From the human T2T-CHM13v2.0 reference genome, Homo sapiens: a DNA stretch of 64,000 bases. Shown piece after piece: positions 25,141 through 38,513 of this stretch. Numbering within the stretch: the first letter of the stretch is position 1; each line of letters opens with the position of its first letter. Below the pieces are notes generated by a model. The model was not told the DNA's origin and searched no databases. It saw only the letters and a program-made list of their open reading frames with translations. The stretch lies in assembly GCF_009914755.1 (NCBI RefSeq), contig NC_060931.1. One strand, given 5' to 3'. Both the position numbers and the translations under genes were made by a program.

Positions 25141-28100
25141 GCTCCACTTCCTGCTGCATGGACTCCTGAATACACCTAATAAATAAATAAATAAATAAAT
25201 ATAAAACAGCAAGCAAACAACAGAAACCACCGCTGTGCACTCCTGCATTACATCAGATCCAATTTACCTGAACCACAAGAGGTTAATTGCTTCCAAAGGT
25301 GGTGTGTTTTCTAACTGGTGCAAAAAAGACCATTGCAAACTCTGGGATTTAGGACTTTTCTACGACAATTCATGACAGTGATGATGAGACTGTGTGCTCG
25401 GAGGAGCCACAGAGCAGAGGGTACACAGACCCTGCAGAGGCACAGCAGGGCCTGGAATTCAGCAGGGGACTAAGGCACCCGGAGTCACACAGTGGGAGGC
25501 CATCACAAACCCCAGCCCTAAGGGACCAGGGAGAGAGTGATTACCCGAACCCACTGGCCGCAGGGAGAGAAATGAGACCCCATCCAAACACGACCTGGCA
25601 GGAAAGTTGCCAGGAAATAAAGGCCCCAGCCTCTCCCCTTACCCCCTTCTGATCTTACACCAGGGCCTTCCATTGCCCAAACCCAACCGAAGGCCAGAGC
25701 CCTGGAGGGTGGAGTCCCTAGAGACCAGCCTCCCAGGGCCCAGACCGGACATGGAATGTCAGCATATGGGTCTGAAAGGACAAAGAGGGACTTCCAGGCA
25801 CACCTGTTCCTTTTGCCAGGTGGACATAAGAGAAAGATGATGGAGAAAGCTCCCACCTCCAAGAGCTGAGGTCTCTCTTCTCTCACACACAAGGCCTTGT
25901 TTTGTGTGGGGTTTAGTGAAGCAACAGGTGCTGGCTGTTGGCACGGCTCAGAGCTTATGCATCATACACAGGTGTCCTGGGAGCATCTCTCCTCAGAACC
26001 ACAGGAACCTGGTTTAGGAACCGCACTCCTGGGGTCACCGCTGCCCTGTCCAGGAAACAGGGCTGACCATGTGGCCCTTGCTCGTCTTCCCCTTTTTTTC
26101 TTATGATACAAAAACTAAAACTGGAGGCATTTTGAGCACCTTACAAAATGTGCAGCTTCCAAACTTGTGTGACATTGGCCAAGCTGCCTTTCTGAGCTAA
26201 TCAGGTGCGTGAACATCACGGCACAGTAGACAACCTCCAGGGCTGGCCTCAAACAGTCTCCCTGCTTCATCTCCTCAAGTGCATTAAGACATTTTCGAGC
26301 TTGCTTGCAAGTTCCAACCTTAAAATCCTGATTATTTATTTATGCCCTTTTTGTCTAAGAAGTTAAATCCCCAAAGCATCTCAATTTAGATCAAAAGCAA
26401 TTTACCAAACTTCACCTGGCGCACCTGTGCCTTGTGATTTGTTAATTACCTGCTTAGCATTTCCAGAGCTGCGAGGCAGAGCCGCAGCCTCGTTGGCTGC
26501 AGGGAGAAACCTCTGATACTCGTCTCCTGCATCACAGCCTTCCAGAACGCCTGGGGTGTTCACCGGGTGAAGCTACTCCACCAACTAAGTCACATGCACT
26601 TCTGCAAATTGCTCTTATTTTCCAGGGTGAAGAACTCGGCGTGGAGCAAACACACACGTGAATGCAGTAAGCTGCTGACATATTTCTTGGCTACCTGATC
26701 AAATTCTACAATGGTCCTAATCTGTCTTATCAGCAGCGTCCTATCACACGTGAGATCATCAAACAGCAGCACCCCGTTTATTCCCCCAGCGCCTTTGGTT
26801 GACAATTTGGCATTAGAATATTAGGAATAACAGTAATTATGGCTTTTACAATTGCTTCAAATGAAAGAGATCATTAAAGTGCACACATGAAAAGATTATC
26901 TCATTTCTGAGATAGCTCTGTTAGGTTTTCTTCCTTTTTTTAATTTTTTCTCCTTCAAAGTTCCTAGCAATCATCCCTGTGAGTGTTTTCTCTGTAGCTG
27001 GGGAAGCAGCAGAGGAATGAAAAAGATAGGGGGTTTGTTAAACAGCACAGTGCCCTGACGTTTTTTGTCCTTCCTCCCACCCCCCAGTTTTCTTGTGAAG
27101 AAACAGAAAGCATAACCTTTTCTGAACTCAACACTGCCAGAGAGGGCCAGGGAAGGGTGGCATGTGCCAGGTGCTGGCCTGCCTGGGTCACCTGCATGGA
27201 GTTTTTCCTTTTTAAGTTAAGCTCTGGGCAAGTTAAGTATACTCCATGCTTTGAGGCATCTAGAAAATTAAGATTATAAAATTCACTGGCTTCCGGAAGT
27301 AATAATAAAGACGTAGCTCAATGCCTCTCCTCTGCAGAGGCGCTCTGATCCTCCATGTAGAAGTGATCACTCCCCCATTGAGCTCCCACTGTACTTTATT
27401 TTTATCTCTTCCATGAAACTTGCCACGTTTTGACTTGCACCCTAATTGTAATTATGTCCCAGCTCATTCATGATGCTGCAAGTCCTTTTAAAGCCAGATC
27501 CTATCGCTGACTCCTCTGTATCCCTCTTCCGCACCCAAACTGCCTCCCCCTTGGACCTGCACATGGGCACCACTCCTGGCCTGCGCTCAGGGCTGCCACT
27601 GAGCCACCTCGTTTACCAGCTCTTGCATGGTTCGTGTCTCTTGGAGTCTTTACTCGTCTGCAGGATTTGCAACATATTCCCAATCAGAACTTGTATTTCC
27701 AATCTCGCTTCATGTTCTAAAACTCCATCAGAATTTCTTCCCAAATATCCCACACTATCCCAGTCTTACTGCAAGATCTTGATATATTGATTAGAAGAAA
27801 TGGTACCTTACAGCAGGGGGCGGGGAGGGAAGTTATCATAGCAATCACAGTTAAATAAATCCTATCCTTCATAAAATAATGAAATGAGTAATCTAAAAAA
27901 AATACAATGAATAATGAATCAAGATCAATTGACTTCCAGCTGCTACGAAGAAAAACAGGCTCTGGTTGGTTTTCTACAGGAGCGTGAAATGAGTGGAGCT
28001 GCTTCATCCACAAAATGTGATTCATTTGGATAACGGCACTCACCTGGCTCTACATGTGTTGAGTGTTCCAGGACCTGGGGGTGTCTTCACACTAATAAAT

Positions 28101-28224
28101 ATTCATTTATGGTTGTAGTTGTGCAAACTGAAAAGATATATGTCTATTTATTCACATCGATGATGATAGTTGGACTAATTCCAAAGCAATACAAAACCAA
28201 ACAACGCAAGCAGTGCTGTGCTGT

Positions 28225-28355
28225 ATGTGGTGGGAGAGAGTCCTCGCGTCGGAACACCTGGGTTCAAGTCCCTCCTCAGCTAAAGAGCCCGTGTGTTCCG
28301 GCCACTGGCTTCCCTCAGGCCCTCAAGCTCCTCAGGCCATAAACTGAAGGGGCCG
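28225..28355 (+). mobile_element. MIR SINE
   Basis: ACACCTGGGTTCAAGTCCC...CCTCAAGCTCCTCAGGCCATAAA. Confidence 0.55.
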
Positions 28356-29027
28356 TAGTCAGGACTTTTCAGATCTACACTGTGCCTGCCCAAAGAGAGT
28401 TTTTATCCTTTATAGAAACCCCAGAACTTCCAACAGGTCAAATAAAAACCACAGTAATTTGAAGGTAGAAGCTGCTTGTATCTCTACTGTGGAGCCGTTT
28501 GCTCCTATTTCTTCTGTATCTCTCAATGAGCCTACCAAAATGGCGGCCTTTGGGAAGCCTCCAAGCAGCACCGCTGACGGACAATGTACCAGAGACTCTA
28601 GGATCTAACCAAAGGTGGGGAACGGTTATTTGAGTTACAGCCTCTCGGACACACCAAAAGTCAAAGCAATCAAAAATTGTGAAGGAGGAAAGCGTCTGCA
28701 TTTCCGCTCTTTCTAGAGTGGCAGTGTGAAAACATCCCGGCCCGCCATGCTCAGCCACCGAGGTGCAGACTTTGGACGAAATTGCTTTTGGCAGGAAGGT
28801 GCGCCCTTCCCAGCTCCATTCCAGTCTAGAATTAAATTGCCTGTGGTTGATATCAGCACCCAGAGCAAATGACGATGGGCCAGAAGGCACAGACCACGTC
28901 TCCTCACACCCAGGGTCACCGGGTGCCCCAAACACTGCGCTGAATGCTCAGAGTGAGCCTGAGTGAGACCTGGAGGAGCACAGAGCCCCAGCCTCTTGCC
29001 CCCCTGTCCTGGCATGGAGCCACCCTC

Positions 29028-29443
29028 TGTTCATCTCCTGGGGCTGCTCTCACAAATGACCACAAACTTGGTAACTTCAAACAGAAATGCATTTTCTCCC
29101 AGTTCTGCAGGACGGAAATCCAGTATCAGATTTGGTTCCTTCTGAAGGCTCTGGAGAGCGTCAGCTCCATCCCATCTCCTCCTGGGAGCTGCTGGCAATC
29201 CTTGGTGTTCCTTGGGCACAGATACATCACTCCAGTCCCTGCCTCCACTGTCACATGGAACTCTCCCTGTGTCTCTGTCTGTGTCATGGGGTCTCGGGCC
29301 TACCTGATTAGTCCAGGAGGATTTCATCTTGAGGTCCTTAATTACATCTGCAAAGACCCTTTTGTCCGAATGAGGTCCCATTCATGGGCTCCAAGTGGAC
29401 TAATTTTGGGGGGTTGGGGAGGCATCATCCAACCCCTTGCACA
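29028..29443 (-). mobile_element. MaLR solo LTR (MLT1B/C-like)
   Basis: GGGCTGCTCTCACAAATGACCACAAACTTGGTAACTT...TTAATTACATCTGCAAAGACCCTTTT...GAGGTCCCATTCA. Confidence 0.85.
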
Positions 29444-30263
29444 GCATTCTTCCTCAGGATGCTTAAAATTGTGAAACCTTTTACTCCTGTTTTTCTATAT
29501 CTCTCAATGAGCCTAACAAAATGGCAGCCCTTGGGAAGTCTCCAGGCAGTGCCATTGACCAACAAGGTTATCGCCAACCCAGTTTTCCTGTAGAGCATGC
29601 TGACCTTGCCTTTCCAAACTCCTGGAAAGCAAGAACAAAAGTTTTTTTAAAAAATTTACATAGAATTGGCATATATTAGACACTTCATGTTTAATTGAAC
29701 GGATCATTTTTGAGTAAACTTTTCTTGTGATAGCCTGTGGTCGTTGCATTATTTCCCCAAGAATGCATTTTGTGAATCTGGATCACGGATAAGAGAAAAG
29801 AAAGAAGAATAGAGAATGTTGTCTTTTCAAACATTCATTCAACAAACTGATTGCCAGCCATGCACGCAACCTGTGTAAAGGGCTGGAAAGAAGCAGCTGA
29901 ACCGAGAGCCCGGTCCCCTCAGAACTCACAGCCCATTTGGGAATTCACTACTGATCCATGTGGTCAGGCAATCATGCACTTGCAAACAGGTAAGGGCACA
30001 GGGGAGGAAGCAGCTCGCTCCGGAGTCGGGGAGATGTCTCAGGAACGGGCCTGCACTGGGTGCGGAGAGAAGGAAGTTCAGAGCCAAAGGAGGAGATTTG
30101 GGAATTCTACAGGTTTGGGGTGGGAAATGGAGGAAGGCAAGGCTTAAAGTGTGAATGGAAGCTGGTTTGGGAATTATCTCAAAGGCTACCTTGAACCCCT
30201 CCCTGTAGGCATGGGGTGTGATGAAGCCGCTGGGCACAACAGCTCCCCGCTTCTGCAGTTGGC

Positions 30264-30515
30264 AACACCCTCGCCCCCACCAGGGTCTCTGACATGGAGG
30301 TGAAGGCTGCACAGAACACCCTTGCCCCTGCTGGGGCCTCTGATGTGGAGGTGCAGGCTGCACAGAGTACCCTCACCCCTGCCATGGTCTCTGACATGGA
30401 GGTGCAGGCTGTACAGAGCACTCTTGCCCCTGCCGGGGTCCCTGACGTGGATGTGCAGGCTGCACAGTACACCCTCACCCCTGCCGGTGTCTCTGACGTA
30501 GAGGTGCACTACAGA
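30264..30515. repeat. Minisatellite, 51-bp unit, ~5 copies
   Basis: Unit ~ACCCTCACCCCTGCCGGGGTCTCTGACATGGAGGTGCAGGCTGCACAGAGT; 17-aa period in ORF 30294..30659. Confidence 0.93.
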
Positions 30516-30630
30516 ACTGCAGGGGTGGCCGTTCACATCGGAGTCTGTGAGAATGATGCTCCCAGGCTTATGCAGTGTTCAACAGTTCAGCCAGATGGGG
30601 CTGCCCTGCTCTTCACTCTTTCTTCCCACC

Positions 30631-31047
30631 TGTCTTGGTCCATTTTCTGTCGCTTATAACAGAATATCTGAAACTGAGTCACTTGTAAAGAAAAGGAGTT
30701 TATTTCTTACAGTTATGGAGGCTGAGAAGTCCCAGGTCAAGGGGCCACATCTGATGAGGGCCTTCTTGCTGGTGGGAGGTCTCTGCAGAATCCAGAGGTG
30801 GCCCAGGGCATCACACAACTTGGAGGCTGAGTGTGCTGGCTCAGGTCTCTCTTCCTCTTCTTACAAAGCCACCAATACCCACTCCCAGGTTAACCCATTC
30901 ACCCATGAACCTATGAATAGATTAATCCATTCCCAAGGGCAGAACCCTCATGATGCAATCACCTCTTCAAGGCCCCACCTGTCAATACTGCCACATGGGG
31001 GATTCAATTTCAACAAAAGTTTTGGAGGGGACTTTCAAACTGTGGCA
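30631..31047 (-). mobile_element. MaLR solo LTR (MSTC/MLT1A-like)
   Basis: TGTCTTGGTCCATTTT...TTTATTTCTTACAGTTATGGAGGCTGAGAAGTCC...TTTCAAACTGTGGCA; perfect 5-bp TSD CCACC at 30626-30630 and 31048-31052. Confidence 0.92.
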
Positions 31048-31769
31048 CCACCCCTAACAGTTCTTCATATAAAAAGCAGGGTTTTGCAGTTACATATTTT
31101 GGGACTTGAAACTATCACCAGCCATGCATTAGAACTTATCAGAATAAAGCTGACAGACTGTCCTAAAAGCTTGCTTGGTAACTTATCCTAGCATTTATAA
31201 CATATAAATAAGTCATGTCTATTATAGCTGTGCAGAAATCCCGCAACAAGAGGGCAAATAAGAGATGATAAAAGGTTGCCAAACTGGAAATGTGTCTACC
31301 CGGGTATTACAGGAATTATTTTAAGGTTTCATTTACGAAGGGAGCATAAGAACAGATTTATGAAATGGGAAGAAGCTCAAGTTACGCACAGTGGCCTGAG
31401 CAGTTGACTTCCCGTCTTTCTGAGCCTCAGGTTGCAACACCTATAAAATGGGACATCAGATGTTGCCTCTCTGTTTTATGAAGTGACTGTCAGGATCTTA
31501 CATGAAAGCTCGTGGGGAAACTTAAAGGGAGAGATTCGTGTAAAATACCGTTATCGTCAGGGAAGGAGATAAGGGGCACTGACTCTTAGGACTGGGAAGG
31601 AAGTAACGCACACCTCCTTTTACAGTACCGAGCTTTCTTCTCCTCCCCGTTTGCATTCCATTCTCTAACACATTGGGGAGATTATTAAAAAGCAATAATC
31701 CTGCACGAAAAAATAGAGTCGGCAGAGAGCGGAGAATCTGGCTTATACCTACAGATAGAAATGGGAGAT

Positions 31770-32140
31770 GAGAGAGAGAAGACAATCTTAGGAGACCTGG
31801 GCCGAAGTATTACCATGCTGCAAGGGTGCATTAGCGAGTCTGTACGCATTACAACAGTGCTTTCAGCTTACTCAGGCCTGGCAGCTCAATACAAGAAAGA
31901 TAGACAATTTGGAAGAGGTTCAGAGAAGAACAGAGTAACAACAATATTAAGGGGCTGGTTTCAAGGATTGATTTAGGAAGAAAGATTAAGGACGCTAAGT
32001 GTGTACAGCTTTCCTAATCACGGACTAAGTGAAGACAAGACAAACATCATCAGATATTTAAAGAGTAGAAGCAGTGAGGATAGAAGGGGATTATTTCGAC
32101 GAGATTCTCAATTTATGCAACATGGTGTAAACTGTCATAA
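31770..32140 (+). mobile_element. Ancient CR1-family LINE ORF2 C-terminal remnant
   Basis: Across frames: KTILGDLGRSI, AQYKKD, IDNLEEVQRR, EERLRTLSVYS, IIRYLKS...GLF; collinear with CR1 ILGCIKRS...PQYKKDIDKLERVQRR...YEERLKELGLFSL...VYKYLKG. Confidence 0.75.
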
Positions 32141-32649
32141 AAAGCTCCAGGATGAGGACTTGGCTCATTCAGATGAAGTGGGAAATGGAGTTCAGCTGGA
32201 AATAGTTTACGGCGCTACACTTACTCTCACAGAGAAGTCTCTCTCTCAAGACATTAAGGCTGAAAGCTGAAGTTGATCTTCATTTAGAGAATGGGAGGCT
32301 ACATTTACATTAAAATAAACCAGCATCTTGGCAGTCCATAAACTGGCATGGATGGGATTCAGGCAAGGACACCAATTGCCCATCCCAGTCTCACCATTTC
32401 CCAGTGAGCCACCATGGAAGAGTGTAAAGCCATGGGCTACTCATGCCTACCAAGGAGAAAGAGATCTCACAGTGTCTGACTTCTTAACTCATCCCCCTCC
32501 TCCATGCTCTGTTGACCAGTATTTTAGCTCTACCATGGTCCTACCCACTCACATCAGGTATTACTATTACTAATAATAAACATGCTTTTTTGATTTCTTG
32601 TTTGCCATTGCCTTTGGTTGTTTCTCATGAATTTTGTTAAGTTTTGTTG

Positions 32650-33573
32650 CTGTGGTGGTTGTGGTAGTGGGGTTGGAGGTGGTAGAGGTGATGGTAGTGA
32701 CGATGCTGATGGAAGTGATGGTGGTAGTGGTGGTGGTGGTGATGACAATGATGGTGGTAGTAGTGATGATAATGGTGGTAGTGGTGATGGTGGAGGTGAT
32801 AGTGATTATGATAATGGTGGTGGTGATTGTAATGGTAGTGGTGGTGGAGGTGATAGTTATGGTAGTGGTGGCAGCAGTGATAGCAATGATGATGGTGATG
32901 GAGGTCATAGTGATGATGATGATGGTGGTAGTGGTGGTGGAGGTGATAGTTATGGTGGTGGTGATGGTGATGGTGGTGATGACAATGATGGTGGTAGTGG
33001 TGGTGACAATGATGATAATGGTGGCAGTGGTGGAGGTGATAGTGAGCATGATGGTGGTGGAGGTGGTAGTGATTATGACAATGGTGGTCGTGATTGTAAT
33101 GGTGGTAGTGTGACAGTGATGATAGTGGTGATAGTGGTGGTGACACTGATCATCATGGTGGTGGTGGTGATGGGAACGGTGGTAGTGGTGGTGGTGGAGG
33201 TGACGGTAATGATGGTAGTGGGGTGGAGATGTTGTGGTGGTGCTGGTGGTGGTGATGGTGGTGATAGCAATGATGATGGTGGTGGTAGAGGTGATAGAGA
33301 TGATGTTGGTGGTGGTGGTGGTGGTGGTGACAGTGACCACGATGGTGGTGGTGGTGATGGTAATGGTGGTAATGATGGTGATGGAGGTGATAGTGATGAT
33401 GATAATGGTGGTAGTGGTGGTGGAGGTAATAGTTACGGTGGTCGTGGTAGCAATGATGATGGTGGTGGTGGAAGTGACAGTGATGATGATGGTCGTGGGG
33501 TAATGGTAATGATGGTGGTGGTGATGATGATAGTGGTGGTGGAGGTAGTAGTGACAGAGGTAGTGGTGGTGGT
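32650..33573. repeat. Degenerate (GGT/GAT/AGT)n trinucleotide tract
   Basis: ~920 bp of GGT/GAT/AGT/AAT triplets, top strand C-poor; gives poly-V/G/T/H ORFs. Confidence 0.98.
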
Positions 33574-33630
33574 ACTTTTTCTTTGTAAACCTCAAGAATG
33601 GACAGTTGAGTTAACTGTATTTTATTTATT

Positions 33631-33647
33631 TATATACACATATATAT

Positions 33648-33689
<42 letters not shown>

Positions 33690-33695
33690 GTATAT
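33631..33695. repeat. (TA)n(CA)n microsatellite
   Basis: Long pure CA run at ~33653-33682 flanked by TA. Confidence 0.95.
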
Positions 33696-34219
33696 CTCTT
33701 TTTTACAGATATTGCCACTTAACATAGGCAATATATTCTTAAAAATTGTGAAAATGCTAACTGGGAACCTATATCTACTATTTTCAAAGGAAATTTTTAG
33801 CCAATAACTCCAAGCCAACTTTTCCAAATGTAACTACAACACCTCCATACTGGAAAGCAAATTATTGTGTTCAGATGAGTTATGCTCCATGCAGCGATGT
33901 GGCCTTACCCAGTGTTAACAGCATCCAAGACACACAGCCCTGTCTTTCACAAAACATCCACTTGGGACTCTGACCATCCAGTCATTGAATTTAGAATGGA
34001 ATGAGATCTCCCTGCTTATTTCCTGTTTTGTTTTAAATACTGTATTCATATTGACATTTAGAATCCTAAACATAAGATTATTTTTTGTAAAACATCAGGT
34101 GGAAAATGTTGCATTGAAAGAAATGTGCCTCTCTGACAAGTGGGTATTTAAAAACCAAGAGATATTCCACTGGAGGATAAAACAATGTTACCCAGGAAGA
34201 CTCAACAGACAATACCTGC

Positions 34220-35885
34220 AGCTTTTTGTGTGTATGTTGTACATTGATCTAAGTGGTCATGAAGTATAGATCTCATTCTGTCTGTTATTTTTTTGGCTGA
34301 CACATTTTTAAGATCTGTTTCTGCTACTCAAGCCATGCCTCATCCATCACTTACCACTGCCCCGTGTCCCACAGTGTCCATTTGCCACATTTGACCCAGC
34401 CATTCCCAGGTGATGAACCCCTAGGCTGCCTCCAACACCTAGCCTCGCATTCAGAGCTACAGCAAACACCCCAAACATGGGATACATGGACCTGTATGAG
34501 AGTTCCTCTGGGGTATGCCCAGGAGTGGGGTTGCTGTATCATCAGATATATGAATATTTAATTTTGCTACGGAATTCCAGATTGCCTTCCAGAATGGCAG
34601 CCCCACCCACCCCTCTTCCAATGGTGCATGAGATCTCCCATTTCCCCACATCCTTGCCTATCTTGATATTAAAACACTGTCTACTTTTTGCTAACCTGAT
34701 GTGTACAGAGCAGTGCATATAACATTCTCGTCCTGATTTGCGTTCCTTTAATTACTAGTAAAACTGCCCATTTCAAAGGCAGCATTTCCTTCCATTGTCC
34801 ATGGCTTCCATAGGATAGAGCTCCTGAGCTTCTGAGAGATTCTGGGGCTCCCCTCACCCCTGCATTTCTCAGCACATGTGACAGGAAATGTTTCTATTTT
34901 TGATCTGCTTTTACAAAAATTGCTGGGTTATCCATGTGCCTTTATCCTTCTAAATCAATCATCTTGTTGAGTTCCTAAAATTATTTGCTGAAATGTTTGT
35001 TGGAATTACATTGAAATTATTGATTAATTTGGGACAAATTGACATCTTTATGGTATTAAATTGTTCCGTCCATGAACCTGGTATGGCTTTCCATCAGTTA
35101 AAATCCCCTTTTATGTTGTAGAACAGAGCTTTCAATATTCTTGTAAAAGTCTTATGCATCTCTGTCAGTTAGGTTCTAAATATTGTATAACTGTATTACT
35201 ATTTCGAGTGTTGCTTTCTTTGTATTATATAATCGAGTTGCTTTCTGTTGATGAAGAAAAACATTACTGAAAACTGTAAGTTAATTTTGAATCCAGTTTC
35301 TTTTCTAGACTTTCTTATGAGTTTAATAATTTATCTGTTGATTCTGTTAGGTTTTCCATATAGACAATCATATCATATGAAAAATGATAGTTGTGTCTAT
35401 CTCCTATTATCTTTACATCTATATCTTTGTGGGTTTTTTTTATCTTTGTGTCTTATTTCTTGGGTCGGCACGTCTGTTGAACATTAACAGGGATAGCAGT
35501 CATCCATGTCTTGATTCTAATCATAAAGAAATAATCTTATATTTCTCTATGAACTACGTTGCTTACTGTTCATTTTTGTTTATACAGACCTCACAAGGTT
35601 AAGGAAATTTCTTTCTATTCCTAGTTTCTGAGAAGGTTCATCATAAGTAAATGTTGAACTTCATCAAATGCTTTTTCTGTGTCTACTGAAGTAATTATCA
35701 ATTGGTACATTAATATGGTGAATTGCTTAGAGAAATTTCTGATGATAAAACAGTCTTGTTTTCCTGAAATGAACCATGCTAAACCATGATGCATTTATAA
35801 TGCACTGTTGGATTAAGGAAACTAATATTCCTTTAGGATACTGCATGCATGTACATTAGTAAAGTAGGCTTAAAGTTTTCATTTC
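34220..35885 (-). mobile_element. Old L1M (ME/MD-type) fragments
   Basis: Antisense L1 motifs GAGTTCCTCTGGGGTATGCCCAGGAGTGG, TTGATTAATTTGGGACAAATTGACATCTTTA, TCAAATGCTTTTTCTGTGTCTACTGA. Confidence 0.8.
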
Positions 35886-35889
35886 TTCT

Positions 35890-36252
35890 AAGCTCCCACA
35901 CAGGATCCTTGGCCTTGTTCCCTCTGCCTGGAATGTTCTTTCCTGGTCTTCACCGACATGGTTCCTCTGGACATAGAAACCTCAGCCCACATGTTCTGTC
36001 CACACAGAGGCCCTTCCTGACCATCCAGACCCCTCCTTGTCACTCTCATCACATTGTGCTGGTATTTTGAGTGAGAGGGGAAGCGTGGTACTTATCCCAG
36101 TGCTTCCTTATTCCTTGCTGAGCTTGCCCAATACAATATAAGCACCTTGGGAACACAGACCTCCTCTGTCTGGTGCCATGTTGTGTCCTCACTGCCCAGA
36201 ACACTTTCTGGAATACAACAGACTGTCAACAAATATTCAGTTATTGAACAGA
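35890..36252 (+). mobile_element. L2 3' end
   Basis: TGTTCCCTCTGCCTGGAATGTTCTT...AGAGGCCCTTCCTGACCA...CAACAAATATTCAGTTATTGAA. Confidence 0.75.
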
Positions 36253-38201
36253 TGCAGCAGCAGGGACGCAATGCACAGACATCGTGCAAAGCAAAGTTAC
36301 GCAGGGACAGGGACTGACTGAGGACAGCTCTGATTCCCCAAAATGCCTTACAAAGGCTCAGTGATACTTACATTCAGGTGGGGCAGGGGGTGTGTGGTGT
36401 GTAAGAGATAGTGAGAGAGAAAGAGAGAGAGACTTTGGTTAAAATTAGAAAAACACAGGCATGAATACAGGTTCCCTAAAGATATCTGTTCCTAGCATAC
36501 ATCACTAAATACATCTTGGTAGATACTTGCAGAAACCAACCATTCAGTAAACATTTTTCAGCCTTAACTATGTGCTCAGCACCCTGCTGAACACCAAATG
36601 AGACAGAGAAACCAAATTCCCCGATCTTCAGAAGCTTAAATTACAGTCAGGGAAAGGTATGGGTACAGAAAGCTACTACATACCAGAGCAAAGTCATCAT
36701 AAAAATGATAGCAGTCACCTGTAGAAGGAAGAAATATGTGATCTGGGGATGGAAAAGAGGCACTCCCAGAGCAGCCGAGCAACTTCCTAAGGGTTGGAGA
36801 GTCACAGGGTAGAGGATGGGCCATTTGGCCAAGAGGAACACGGGAAAGTTTCAACGTGGGGAATGAATATACATGGTTCCCTGGAAATGGAGAGCAGCCT
36901 GCTCAGGTTGGAGGTGAGAGCTAAAAAGGTGAGAGATGATTGCTGCGAACATCATCCAAATGCCCCCAGAAGAAAATCATCCTTTACGGAGTGCACACCC
37001 TGCAAAAAGAAAAATGTTAAGAAAGGAGAACGAAGGAGCATTGACAATATATTGCTTGATTTTACATAAGGCTCCAGATACATTTCATATTAAACGGTGT
37101 TTATCACTGTAGCAGTAGATGACTTTCTGTTGTGGAGATGATTTCTTTTTGGTGCATTTAGCATGCACGGTGCCAAAGCACCCTGTGCCACAGGCCACAG
37201 TGGGAAAACAAACATATTTGTCTATAATATGCGTGGGTGGGAAGCCCACACAGATTATAGGGGCCACGGGGCTTCTCCTGCCTGGTGGAAGTCTTGAATG
37301 GGGCAATCGGAACTGTGGGATGAATTCTGGGCATCTTAGATCATTCTCCAAAGGGCTGAGAACCAGCCTTGCACTCAGGCATTCCCGACGTGGAGGGACG
37401 TTTGTCCAGAGACTACAAAAGGGATGAATTGTGATCCACTTAATTCCCTGATCTGGAGGGAGACAACAAAGTGTGCCCACTTCACTTTGCTGTCCACTGG
37501 AAGACGGTTTTCAGGACTTTCAGTTGACTACGTGAACTAGTGAAGATAGTAATTAGTTTTTCATTATCAACTTACCTAACTAAAAAATGAATAAGCTCAC
37601 ACTATTAGGAAAATGTCTTCCTTTTCCATATTTTGTGGGTCTCCCACAGGTGCCAAGACTTCGTTAAAATGCTAATTGTCTGTAAATCATAAGAATATGA
37701 GTCATTTATCTATCATGCAGTATACTGTGGTCATCCTAGTGGTTCAGATGAGCTCATTATGTATTTAGCAACAGATGGTCATTTTTTGGAGGCAAGAATG
37801 CACTCAAACTCAGGCAACTATGTTCATTTTAGCTCTTCAACTTCTTCTGATTCTAGGAAGCATATCATTAATTTGCACAGCGTGAAAAACTCTCCCATAT
37901 TCTTGCTTACCCTATGTGTGTCTTTAGTTAAACTTGTATGTGCAGAACGTGCTCCCCCCCTCAGTGTTCAAAGGACACAAAGCAAAAGTGTCTGCAGGAA
38001 CAGAGATGAGGCAGCCACAGGGATGTCTGGTAGGCTGGCTTTCCTCTGCAGCACTGATTTTTCTTTTCGCTGTTTACACATCCATAGCACCTTTTTAATA
38101 CCCCTCCCCCCGCCTTCTAACATCGTATGTGCTGTCAGGATGAAAACATCGAAGTCACCGTCACCCTAGTGTTCACGAATGTTTGTCTTCCATGTCCATA
38201 G

Positions 38202-38513
<312 letters not shown>

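Noticed and set aside
32570-33727. 341-aa and 369-aa ORFs (Thr/His-rich, Gly/Asp-rich)
   Set aside because: Produced by the (GGT/GAT)n tract, which is open in several frames on both strands; no gene structure.
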